Shown here one piece after another: positions 17,568 through 25,164 of a stretch of DNA of 25,164 nucleotides (its first letter is position 1; every line of letters begins with the position of its first letter). Position numbers and translations under genes: made by a program. Under the pieces are notes generated by a model that was not told the origin of the DNA, ran no database searches, and saw only the letters and a list, made by a program, of their open reading frames with translations. The DNA comes from a virus (taxonomy: Duplodnaviria > Caudoviricetes), in IMG/VR virus record IMGVR_UViG_3300020161_001799, positions 1 to 25,164 of that record. One strand, given 5' to 3'.

Positions 17568-17582
17568 ACCTACGCGAAAAAA
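17541..17582 (-). promoter_or_regulatory. Putative -1 programmed ribosomal frameshift signal
   Basis: T-TTT-TTC (17582-17576), spacer GCGTAG, then hairpin GTATGGCTCA-N9-TGAGTCATAC. The -1 frame is open into gp51. Confidence 0.6.
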
Positions 17583-18289
17583 GCCGATAATCCCTCTAGG
17601 ACTACTTCACTTTCAACATTAGTGTTAGGATTTTTAATATTAATAGTATAAGAAAGTCTTGGCATTGTCTCAAAGAATTTTTCAATCTCTTTGAACTGCT
17701 TAGAACTTAATTGTTCTACAAAATCAACCAATTCTTTTTTTGTAGAATCTGCAGCAGTCCAAGATTCTTCTTCAGAATAAATTTGCTCGATACAACTACA
17801 AATTAGATCAAAAGTATCATCAACACTTGCATTTTCTCCGACTCCAAAGTTGGCCTTAATAAACTCACTCAGTGAAGGATACTTCATTCTCAATGTTAAT
17901 GAATCATCAAGTTTAATATCTCTACTATGCTGAGGGTCATCTTTGACTTGAATTTCATCCAAATTAATGCTTCTAGGAACCTGAGTTGTCCCATCATCAG
18001 GACAAGTAACTAGAACATCAACTGTTTCTCCAACAGATTTACCTCTGATGTTGAGGAACAGATATTCAATATCAAAAGTAGAAAGTTCTTCTACTTTAAT
18101 ACCTTTTGTAAGAATACAATTCGAGATTACATCTTTAACTGCATTTGCAATCTGCTTTGCATCTTCACTTTCCATTGCAATAATCAGAATTTTTTCTTCT
18201 TTTACAAGGAAAGGTCTAAATTTAATTTTCTTTTTGATTGATGGAACTTCCAACTCATAGGTTGGTGTTGCAATTGTTGGTAAAGGCAT
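17570..18289 (-). CDS. gp26: Baseplate hub assembly protein gp26
   Basis: MPLPTIATPTYELEVPS...IKFRPFLVKEEKILIIAMES...FDIEYLFLNIRGKSVGE...LEGLSAFF. Confidence 0.9.
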   Translation of the reverse strand: MPLPTIATPTYELEVPSIKKKIKFRPFLVKEEKILIIAMESEDAKQIANAVKDVISNCILTKGIKVEELSTFDIEYLFLNIRGKSVGETVDVLVTCPDDGTTQVPRSINLDEIQVKDDPQHSRDIKLDDSLTLRMKYPSLSEFIKANFGVGENASVDDTFDLICSCIEQIYSEEESWTAADSTKKELVDFVEQLSSKQFKEIEKFFETMPRLSYTINIKNPNTNVESEVVLEGLSAFFA

Positions 18290-18318
18290 AATAACCTAAT
18301 AATAACTTCAGTTAATTA

Positions 18319-18326
18319 TATTTATT
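18319..18326 (-). promoter_or_regulatory. T4-type late promoter (AATAAATA)
   Basis: About 30 nt upstream of the gp26 ATG, overlapping the upstream stop. Confidence 0.6.
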
Positions 18327-19188
18327 ACACTACTCGGAATGTCGACACGGAACTGTTTTTTGAATCAAATACTTTTGTTGAATCAAAATTCGAACTGACT
18401 TTTCCTTGTGGTTCAAATAGAGTTGCAGATCCTTTTTGATATTGTCTCGTAATTGCATCAGTATCTACATTCGCTGCATTAAATAGGTTCCCTTCCCTAT
18501 TAGGTTGAAGTGGTTGTTTATTATTATTAGATCCAAGTGCTTCAGCAAGACTATCTGGATTTCCAGCGTAATAACGCTCAAAAGTAAAGGTAACAGAAAC
18601 TGTCATAATAGAAGCCTCACTATAATTCACTTGAATTGAATTCATAGAACTTGGAAATAATCCAAGATAGGTATATTCAATTTCATTTGCAATATTATAA
18701 TCACGATTAAATTTAACAATCTTTGTCCTATCACATTTATAGTATTTTGGATACTGCATCCTATAACTATAATTCTTTCTACTTAAAGGAATTATAGGTT
18801 TTTGATATTGTGCGGGAACATCTATTGGATTATGAGTTCCACTTGCAATAAATTCCATCCAGTGTTCGAAGAACTTTAAAGTTTTGTATTGCTTATCAAC
18901 ATAAACTTCCATATTGATTTCAGTGAACTGACGAGTATGGGCGAACTTTTCTGTTACACCCATAAAACTATCATCAACCTGTGCGGTTGCAAATGAAGTT
19001 GCTGGCAAAACTGTAGATTGGACTAACAAACCAACACTATCACCAGTAAAAATTGGATCAACACCACGCTTTAGAAGATATGCTTGCAATTGAGGACTTA
19101 ATCCACCAAAAGTTACTTGATATTGATTAGTCTGAGCAAGATTAGTGAATAATGGTTTAATATCTGATATCCTACGTGGTTTCGCCAC
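18325..19188 (-). CDS. Tail-tube-fold protein, baseplate tail tube initiator (gp54-like)
   Basis: GTG start. Tube-fold pattern: LPATSFATA...AHTRQFTEINMEVYVD...FFEHWMEFI...LFPSSM...SVTFTFERY. Confidence 0.65.
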   Translation of the reverse strand: MAKPRRISDIKPLFTNLAQTNQYQVTFGGLSPQLQAYLLKRGVDPIFTGDSVGLLVQSTVLPATSFATAQVDDSFMGVTEKFAHTRQFTEINMEVYVDKQYKTLKFFEHWMEFIASGTHNPIDVPAQYQKPIIPLSRKNYSYRMQYPKYYKCDRTKIVKFNRDYNIANEIEYTYLGLFPSSMNSIQVNYSEASIMTVSVTFTFERYYAGNPDSLAEALGSNNNKQPLQPNREGNLFNAANVDTDAITRQYQKGSATLFEPQGKVSSNFDSTKVFDSKNSSVSTFRVV

Positions 19189-19229
19189 TCTAAATACCTA
19201 TTATGAATCTTTTAGTATAAGTATTTAGA
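19189..19229. promoter_or_regulatory. Divergent late-promoter region with an inverted repeat
   Basis: tctaaatac (19189-19197) and gtatttaga (19221-19229) are inverted copies, giving CTAAATA on each strand. TATAAGTA is also present at 19216-19223 (+). Confidence 0.5.
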
Positions 19230-19250
19230 TGTCATATAAGGGGAAAAAAT

Positions 19251-19694
19251 ATGAGTAAGAAATTTCTTCAGGGCAAATATAAACCCCAAAATCCACAAAA
19301 ATATAAAGGTGACCCAACAAACATAATTTATAGATCTAGTTGGGAGAGAAAATTTTTAGTTTATTGTGATAATAATAAAAATATAATCGAATATTCTAGT
19401 GAAGAAATTGCTCTACCATATCGTTCTCCTTTGGATAATAGGGTTCATAGATATTTCCCAGATTTCTATATTAAAGTTAAAGAAAGTAACGGTCAAATTA
19501 AAAAATACTTAGTTGAGATTAAACCAAAGAAACAAACAGTTGAACCTCAAATTAAACAAAGAAAGACAAAACAATACATTTATGAAGTAACTGAATGGGC
19601 TAAGAATCAGGCAAAATGGAAAGCAGCGAGAGAATTTTGTGAAGATCGCCAGTGGCAGTTTAAAATAGTTACCGAAGATGATCTAGGAATCTAA
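19251..19694 (+). CDS. gp4: Head completion nuclease gp4
   Basis: GKYKPQNPQKYKGDPTNIIYRSSWERKF...RYFPDFYIK...EIKP...NQAKWKAA. Confidence 0.9.
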   Translation: MSKKFLQGKYKPQNPQKYKGDPTNIIYRSSWERKFLVYCDNNKNIIEYSSEEIALPYRSPLDNRVHRYFPDFYIKVKESNGQIKKYLVEIKPKKQTVEPQIKQRKTKQYIYEVTEWAKNQAKWKAAREFCEDRQWQFKIVTEDDLGI

Positions 19695-19695
19695 G

Positions 19696-20100
19696 ATGCC
19701 AAGAAAAACTATAAAAGAAAGAAATCAAAAAATTACTGATACTGACAGTAATGTCAATAGAGTTCGTAATATTTTAGATAATTTAATTGGGAATGAAGAT
19801 CCAGATGATTTGATGTTGGAATTATTGAATGTAATTCCAGAAAGTGGAAAAATACCTCAAAGTGGGAAGTATTATATTTTTGTATATAATCCAAAAACTC
19901 CCAATATTCGTTACGATCAAAATCCACTTGTGGCAGTAACTGATATATTTTCCTGGGGATTTAGAGGAATTAACTTTCACTGGGAAAAAGTAAAACAATA
20001 TACCTTTAATGAGATACCTGGTTCAATACATGAGGTTTATGCCTCTGAAATAAAAGATTTGCAGGCAATACCTTTTGCAAATTTTAGGATAAATAGTTAA
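19696..20100 (+). CDS. gp2: DNA end protector gp2-like
   Basis: GKYYIFVYNPKT...YDQNPLV...GFRGINFHW, adjacent to gp4. Confidence 0.7.
   Translation: MPRKTIKERNQKITDTDSNVNRVRNILDNLIGNEDPDDLMLELLNVIPESGKIPQSGKYYIFVYNPKTPNIRYDQNPLVAVTDIFSWGFRGINFHWEKVKQYTFNEIPGSIHEVYASEIKDLQAIPFANFRINS
20088..20095 (+). promoter_or_regulatory. T4-type late promoter (GATAAATA)
   Basis: 14 nt upstream of the gp48 ATG. Confidence 0.6.
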
Positions 20101-20109
20101 AAAAATAAA

Positions 20110-21030
20110 ATGGCGTCTAAAGATTTTAGGTTATTAAGATACCCATTTGAAAAAATTGATGCATCCGATGATTACTTAGAAATTCAAATTCTTGAGTATA
20201 AACCACCTGGTTTTGGAGTAACTGGAACTGCAGGATTTCAAGTTAAATCTTCGGACGATCCAGATTCTCAACTGTCTGAAAAAAATAAAAACATAAAAGC
20301 AACAATTATATTACCAATTCCAAAAGATCTTTCACCAGATTCAAAATCTGTTGAGTGGGGAGAAGATAGAATGAATTCTATTGCTGCAGCTGTTGCTGGT
20401 GGAGCAAAAGATGTAGTTGGTGCTAATGGTGTTGGCAGTATACTTAATACAATTATGAAAGGAGCAGGTAGAATTGCTGGGGCTATAGATGGAAATACTC
20501 AACAACAACTTCAAGCAGGAATTGCGGGTGCTGCCACTCAGCAATTATTCGGACAAGAAGCAGATCCACTTGCTGCAATCACTCGTCAAACAGGAGCAGT
20601 TCTAAACCAAAACCAAGAATTACTATTCAAAGGTGTTAGTTTAAGGGACTTTGCATTTAACTTTACAATGACTCCTCGTTTTAGAGAAGAAGCGGAGCAA
20701 GTTAGAAATATAATTAGATTTTTCAAGCAATCATCTTCTGCTAAAAAAAGTGTTTCTGCTGGTGCAGGATCTCAAGGTCTATTCATTGGATCTCCTGATG
20801 TTTATCAAATTACATACAAAAGTGGTAACCAAGATCATCCATATTTGAATCAATTTAAAGTATGTGCTTTGATGAGTATGACGGTTAATTATGGTGGTGC
20901 TGGAGTATATGCAACTTATGCTGATGGATCTCCGATTCAAACAAATATGACACTCTCATTCAGAGAATTAACCCCAGTTTACTATGAAGACTATAATGCA
21001 GAAAAAGGATTAAGAGGAACAGGATACTAA
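20110..21030 (+). CDS. gp48: Baseplate tail tube cap gp48
   Basis: LRYP...IILPIP...NQNQELLFKGVSLRDFAFNFTMTPR...SMTVNY...MTLSFRELTPVY. Confidence 0.85.
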   Translation: MASKDFRLLRYPFEKIDASDDYLEIQILEYKPPGFGVTGTAGFQVKSSDDPDSQLSEKNKNIKATIILPIPKDLSPDSKSVEWGEDRMNSIAAAVAGGAKDVVGANGVGSILNTIMKGAGRIAGAIDGNTQQQLQAGIAGAATQQLFGQEADPLAAITRQTGAVLNQNQELLFKGVSLRDFAFNFTMTPRFREEAEQVRNIIRFFKQSSSAKKSVSAGAGSQGLFIGSPDVYQITYKSGNQDHPYLNQFKVCALMSMTVNYGGAGVYATYADGSPIQTNMTLSFRELTPVYYEDYNAEKGLRGTGY

Positions 21031-21031
21031 T

Positions 21032-21679
21032 ATGTCTTACTTCAGAGAACTTCCAGATCTAGAATACCAATCACCAATAACAGATAAGATCTCCTCAACT
21101 GATTATGTTCGTGTGAAAAATATTTTTCGTCGAGTAAAACTTCGTGATGATTTATCAAAAAATGTAGTTCTCTTCAACAAATATCAAATTGAAGAAGGAG
21201 AAAGACCAGAGATAGTTGCAGAAAAACTCTATGGTAAAGCAGATCTTGATTGGGTCGTATTGATATCTGCTGGTATTACAAATGTAAGAAATCAATGGCC
21301 TCTTTCTAGTAGAGACATCTATAGATTCTCAGAAGAAAAATATGGTGATGAACTAAATGCAACTAGAATTTATGAAACAACAGAAGTCAAAGATGGTAAT
21401 GGTAGATTAATATTACCTGCAGGAAAAGTTGTTGATGGTAATTTTACAATTCCTAATCCAGAGGATATTTCTCAGACTCTTAATCCAGTGGTTGGAATTT
21501 CAAATTACGAATACGAAACTCGTTTAAATGATGAAAAAAGATCTATTGATATTTTAAAAAAAGTTTATCTCCAAACATTCCTGAACGATATTAGAAAACT
21601 TACATATTATTCCCAATCTTCACAATACGTGGATTCTAAATTAATACGAACAGAAAATACCAGGAATCAGTCCATATAA
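21032..21679 (+). CDS. gp53: Baseplate wedge subunit gp53 (LysM-like)
   Basis: MSYFRELPDLEY...YQIEEGERPEIVAEKLYG...WVVL...QWPL...NYEYETRLNDEKRSI. Confidence 0.9.
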   Translation: MSYFRELPDLEYQSPITDKISSTDYVRVKNIFRRVKLRDDLSKNVVLFNKYQIEEGERPEIVAEKLYGKADLDWVVLISAGITNVRNQWPLSSRDIYRFSEEKYGDELNATRIYETTEVKDGNGRLILPAGKVVDGNFTIPNPEDISQTLNPVVGISNYEYETRLNDEKRSIDILKKVYLQTFLNDIRKLTYYSQSSQYVDSKLIRTENTRNQSI

Positions 21680-21700
21680 AAAAGGGGGGCAATGCCCCCC
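21678..21700 (-). terminator. Rho-independent terminator for gp32, between convergent genes
   Basis: Minus strand reads GGGGGGC-ATT-GCCCCCC-TTTTTT, 6 nt after the gp32 stop. Confidence 0.85.
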
Positions 21701-21706
21701 AATCAA

Positions 21707-22627
21707 TCATTCTTCAGCGAGTCGCTGGAAGTATGAAAGAGTATCATCATCTTCATCTTCATCAACCGAAGAAGACTTGGGAGAACTCAGATTCCTAAGT
21801 TCGGTGCGAAGATCTTCATCAAGTTCACGAACAGGACCACGGGAAGTTGATTCCTCATCGGCAACTTCGGGATCTTGACGGCGAGCAGTCTTGTTGCCAA
21901 GAACATAATCAAGACGCTTCTTCAGTTCATCATAGGACTTGAACTGATCGGCAGCAACGAGTTCAGCAAGAGAATACTGCTTCTTCCAGATTGCTTCCAT
22001 CTCATCATCATCAGTCAGCAGAGCACCTTGTGCGGCAAACTCTGAAGAATCATAATTACGATAACCAGCAACGTTCTTTGCCTTCAGTTTGAAGTTAGCA
22101 CCCTGCCAGAAGTCGAACGGATCGATAGGAGTCTCATCTTCAAACTCTGGTTGCATTGCAGCAGTCAGTTTATCAAAGATTTTCTTACCGTACTTATACA
22201 GAAAGACTTTACCTTCGTTAGCAGGATTAGCAGGATCTTTGACAACATAGATGTTACTCACATAAGTCAGTTTACGTTTTTGCTTACGGGCAACTTCTTT
22301 ACCAGCATCAGTACCATTGTTCCACAGTTCGGAGTTCAGTTCCGACACAGGATCTTTTTGATTGAGAGTGGTGAGAGAATTTTCGATGTACCAACCACCA
22401 GAACCTTGGAAAGCGTGGGAGTACAGTTTCACAAACGGCAGATCTTCACCGTTAGGAGCAGGAAGGAAACGAATGACGGCATAACCATTGCCGCTCTTAT
22501 CGCATTCAAGTTTCCATACGCGATCATCACCAGATGATGCGTTATTATTCATTTTTTCGACTTCCTTGACAAGTTTAGCAGTCAGGGAACCAAGTTTGGA
22601 TTGTTTCTTAAGATCAGAAAAAGACAT
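21707..22627 (-). CDS. gp32: Single-stranded DNA-binding protein gp32
   Basis: DDRVWKL..DKSGNGYAVIRFLP...WYIENSLTT...YKYGKKIFDK...GANFKLK...YRNYDSSEF, with an acidic C-terminal tail. Confidence 0.95.
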   Translation of the reverse strand: MSFSDLKKQSKLGSLTAKLVKEVEKMNNNASSGDDRVWKLECDKSGNGYAVIRFLPAPNGEDLPFVKLYSHAFQGSGGWYIENSLTTLNQKDPVSELNSELWNNGTDAGKEVARKQKRKLTYVSNIYVVKDPANPANEGKVFLYKYGKKIFDKLTAAMQPEFEDETPIDPFDFWQGANFKLKAKNVAGYRNYDSSEFAAQGALLTDDDEMEAIWKKQYSLAELVAADQFKSYDELKKRLDYVLGNKTARRQDPEVADEESTSRGPVRELDEDLRTELRNLSSPKSSSVDEDEDDDTLSYFQRLAEE

Positions 22628-22670
22628 TTGGATTTGTTGGGTAAATTGGATGTTTTGGATTTACTTAGAT
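22628..22670 (-). repeat. Five ATCCAA-like units at a 9-10-nt period in the gp32 leader
   Basis: ATCTAA-GTAA-ATCCAA-AAC-ATCCAA-TTT-ACCCAA-CAA-ATCCAA-ATG. Confidence 0.75.
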
Positions 22671-22699
22671 ATTATAGCGAAAATTGAATCACTTGTCAA
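22671..22699 (-). promoter_or_regulatory. Consensus sigma70-type early promoter for gp32
   Basis: TTGACA (22699-22694), 17 nt, TATAAT (22676-22671). Confidence 0.85.
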
Positions 22700-23021
22700 T
22701 AAATTGCTTGAGAGATTCAATGGTTTTATTCATACTATTGAATAAAAGATTCATATCTGTGTCAGGGGGAAATCCCATAATAGCCACAGATTTTTTCAAA
22801 TTCTCTTTCATCTCAACCGCTTGTGGGTCATCAGAAAGAGACAAACGTGTATACATTACACGTTGCTTATCAAGCAACTGAGTCAGTTTATCAATATGTT
22901 CCAGCTTATCTTCGCGGCTCATTGAACCAAAAGACAGGATACTTCCATAAATGAACCTTTGAAGTTCATTGATTTCTTCTAGTTCTTCCTGAATCAATTC
23001 AGAGTCAAAAAATTTACTCAT
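22689..23021 (-). CDS. DUF1825-family protein
   Basis: FFDSELIQEEL..I..LQ...LLDKQRVMYTRLSLSDDPQA pattern, a family I recall from cyanobacteria and cyanophages. Confidence 0.75.
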   Translation of the reverse strand: MSKFFDSELIQEELEEINELQRFIYGSILSFGSMSREDKLEHIDKLTQLLDKQRVMYTRLSLSDDPQAVEMKENLKKSVAIMGFPPDTDMNLLFNSMNKTIESLKQFIDK

Positions 23022-23604
23022 TTACAATTTCCCGCAGAAGTTTTTTATACTGAAACTTATCAATATTTAGAAATGGTTTGTACTTCTTGATTTTTAAACT
23101 TACGGTTTCCCACACTGGGTCCATAAGTTTCTTATCAAATACATTCCCGAACAGGAAGATTGCATCATAAATCACTAGGGTTTCAATACAAATCTTCCCG
23201 CTCAGGAATTTTTTTAGAACTGGTGGATGTCCTTTCGAACAGTTGAAAGCATCCTCTAATTTTGTCTGCGAGAGTAATTCTTCCGATTGTTCTTTGAACA
23301 AGTAGGTTAAACTCTGCTGTCGTTTCATCCACTCTCGGTATGTTCCTTCTCCCGAATTTATGATTTCTCCAATCCATATATTTTGTGGGTTGTCTGTAGC
23401 AACAAAGTTTGATACAAGAAAATCTACAATTTCTTTGTCAGAATATTTCCTTGAAGATTTTTCAAAGAAATATTTGTCTTTACGTTTGTTGAAGGAAGTT
23501 AGAGTTGCTCTAGACTTCCCTCCATATTTAAAGAAATCGTATTTTGGATTCGTGAAGTGACTTTTGAGAGAGAGATAATGTTGATATGTCTCAAAAGGAC
23601 TCAT
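23014..23604 (-). CDS. gp59: Helicase loader gp59
   Basis: YLSLKSHFT...YDFFKYGGK...FNKRKDKYFFEK...ETLVI...KIKKYKPFL. Confidence 0.88.
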   Translation of the reverse strand: MSPFETYQHYLSLKSHFTNPKYDFFKYGGKSRATLTSFNKRKDKYFFEKSSRKYSDKEIVDFLVSNFVATDNPQNIWIGEIINSGEGTYREWMKRQQSLTYLFKEQSEELLSQTKLEDAFNCSKGHPPVLKKFLSGKICIETLVIYDAIFLFGNVFDKKLMDPVWETVSLKIKKYKPFLNIDKFQYKKLLREIVNE

Positions 23605-23861
23605 AGGGGAAGTTTTGCTCTCGAAGTTTTTTTCATAAAATTAAGACGAGTGGCATCCCACTTTAGTCTTTCTTTAAGAGGTCTAGATACTAACTTAGCA
23701 ACTGAATCAACTTCAATGTTATTGATTTCACAATAATGAACGATAGCATCGATATGATTAAGTTTTTCCTGTATCACGATTCTCTCAATTTCTTCAGAGA
23801 ATTTTGATGGTGTTAGGAATTTATTGTTTAATTCCCTTTCCAGTTCTGTATTATTTTCCAT
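23601..23861 (-). CDS. gp33: Late-promoter transcription co-activator gp33 (start reassigned to MENNTE)
   Basis: KFSEEIE...IDAIVHYCEINNIEVDSVAKLVSRPLKERLKWDATRLNF. Confidence 0.85.
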   Translation of the reverse strand: MENNTELERELNNKFLTPSKFSEEIERIVIQEKLNHIDAIVHYCEINNIEVDSVAKLVSRPLKERLKWDATRLNFMKKTSRAKLPL

Positions 23862-24588
23862 AGAGTTCCAATTTATCTCCAACAAACTTTCTAATATATT
23901 TGCTGAGCAATTTGATGTATTTTGTTTTGTCTCTTTCTTCATAAACGACGCATTCTCCATTTTCACAAGCCATTAAAATTACAAGTTTTTTCACAGGTAT
24001 TCCTGTGATTTCATAAAACATACAAGCGTATGCCGCACACTGAACAAAATAGTGTTCAATCCACTCTCGTGGTTTTGGTTTTTTAGAAGTTTTAAAGTCT
24101 ATAATTGCCAATTCGCCGTTGTGTTCTGCGATACAATCAACGGTTCCCGCTACTCCAAGAATTTTGCTGTATAAGGAACTCTCAAGAGCGTGAATATTAT
24201 TTATACGATTAAGTTCCGCCTTTGAAATCTTAAATAAGAAATCCGCAATCGGCGTAACAATCGGCAAATCTTGATTTTTAAGATAGTTCTCCGTAAGAGA
24301 ATGCATATCCGTACCGCGAGAAGTAGCCGCCTTAGTAATCTTCTCAGCTTCCTCCTCACCAATCTTTTTACGCCACTTAACAAATATTTCACGATTAAAA
24401 TGACTCGTAACGGAAGTAATAGAAAAGAGTCTTAGAATCTCATCTTCATCAGGAATTTTATAATAACGAATACCATCGATAGTTTCCCTTTCAAGTTTTG
24501 GAAGATTTACATCTATATGTGTAAATCTTCCTTGCTTAGCAACTTCAGGATGCAACTCATAATATTTTTCAATTAACGGATTCGACAT
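23851..24588 (-). CDS. PD-(D/E)XK exonuclease
   Basis: SITSV...W...RGTDMHSLTENYL...E...AGTVDCIAE...IIDFKTS...YFVQCAAYA (RecB/Cas4-like motifs). Confidence 0.85.
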   Translation of the reverse strand: MSNPLIEKYYELHPEVAKQGRFTHIDVNLPKLERETIDGIRYYKIPDEDEILRLFSITSVTSHFNREIFVKWRKKIGEEEAEKITKAATSRGTDMHSLTENYLKNQDLPIVTPIADFLFKISKAELNRINNIHALESSLYSKILGVAGTVDCIAEHNGELAIIDFKTSKKPKPREWIEHYFVQCAAYACMFYEITGIPVKKLVILMACENGECVVYEERDKTKYIKLLSKYIRKFVGDKLELYGK

Positions 24589-25164
24589 TAAAAACCTGCT
24601 TCTATTTTTGCAATAATATATTCTTTGACAAGTCCAGAACGAACAATATCATCAACACCAAACTCTATTATATCAATAGATGGCATTTTACGCAAGATGT
24701 TCATGAAATCAACAATTCCATTACGCTCATTAGTCTTCTGTAAATCGGACTGAGAAGCATCTCCACAAAACATAATCTTAGAGTTCTCACCAACACGGGT
24801 AATGATTGAATCAAGTTCATGTGCCGTACAGTTTTGGAATTCGTCTACAATCACAATTGAATTATCAAGTGTGGTTCCTCTCAAGAATGAAGTACTCCAG
24901 AACTTAATCGTTTCTTGTGCTTTAAGATTACCATAGAGCATCTCAAATTCTGCATCAGAAGGCATCTGGAACATATACTTCACCATATTCTTATAAGGAA
25001 TTTGGTAGATGTCCGACTTATCCTCATAGGAACCAGGAAGAAAACCAATCTCCCTGGTGGCAACTAAAGAACGAACCAGATAAATTTTCTCATAAGGAGT
25101 TCTTTCATCAAGAACTTCACGAAGAGCATTATAAAGAGTGATGAAAGTCTTACCCGTTCCTGCA
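24588..25164 (-). CDS. phoH: PhoH-family ATPase, 5'-truncated by the window edge
   Basis: Walker A AGTGKT at the window end, then IGFLPG, FLRGTTLDNSIVIVDEFQN, RVGENSKIMFCGD..QSD and DIVRSGLVKEY. The frame extends beyond the listed 132-aa ORF. Confidence 0.93.
   Translation of the reverse strand, partial: AGTGKTFITLYNALREVLDERTPYEKIYLVRSLVATREIGFLPGSYEDKSDIYQIPYKNMVKYMFQMPSDAEFEMLYGNLKAQETIKFWSTSFLRGTTLDNSIVIVDEFQNCTAHELDSIITRVGENSKIMFCGDASQSDLQKTNERNGIVDFMNILRKMPSIDIIEFGVDDIVRSGLVKEYIIAKIEAGF

Noticed and set aside
9274-18260. Nested ORFs such as 9274-9561, 11197-11400, 15322-15669, 16326-16664 and 18048-18260
   Set aside because: They overlap well-supported genes. The ENLVE repeats in 16326-16664 are just the PGGGK repeat read in another frame.
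23862-23966. N-terminal extension of gp33 in the ORF track
   Set aside because: It overlaps the exonuclease 3' end by over 100 nt. The ATG at 23861 gives a typical gp33 length.
20341-24392. Antisense or alternate-frame ORFs within gp48, gp32, DUF1825, gp59 and the exonuclease
   Set aside because: Shadow ORFs with no independent support.
23851-24588. Cas4 / CRISPR adaptation gene
   Set aside because: No clear four-Cys Fe-S arrangement and no cas context. It sits in the core PhoH-exonuclease-gp33 block.

Overview
This window is part of a T4-like myovirus genome, most likely a cyanophage. That call rests on gene order, a DUF1825-like gene, PhoH, host-type TTGACA-N17-TATAAT early promoters and NATAAATA late promoters. 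From left to right, mostly on the minus strand, it holds two large fibre/structural genes (one with an S74 chaperone) and a three-tRNA cluster with an HNH endonuclease between two of the tRNAs. Next come a small early operon with a Phd/YefM-like ORF, a tail-collar fibre plus Tfa-like chaperone, a split gp5, a gp27-like hub, two tape-measure-region proteins, and gp51, gp26 and gp54. A plus-strand block follows (gp4, gp2, gp48, gp53), then gp32, DUF1825, gp59, gp33, an exonuclease and PhoH. The strongest finding is an apparent programmed -1 frameshift signal joining gp26 to gp51: U-UUU-UUC, a 6-nt spacer and a 10-bp hairpin, at the position where lambda has G/GT. Other highlights are three structurally non-canonical tRNAs, an HNH gene with a late promoter inside a hairpin and its stop codon inside a tRNA, a possible circularly permuted M15 peptidase, and a periodic ATCCAA leader on gp32. 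All family assignments come from recognising motifs by eye, not from database searches.
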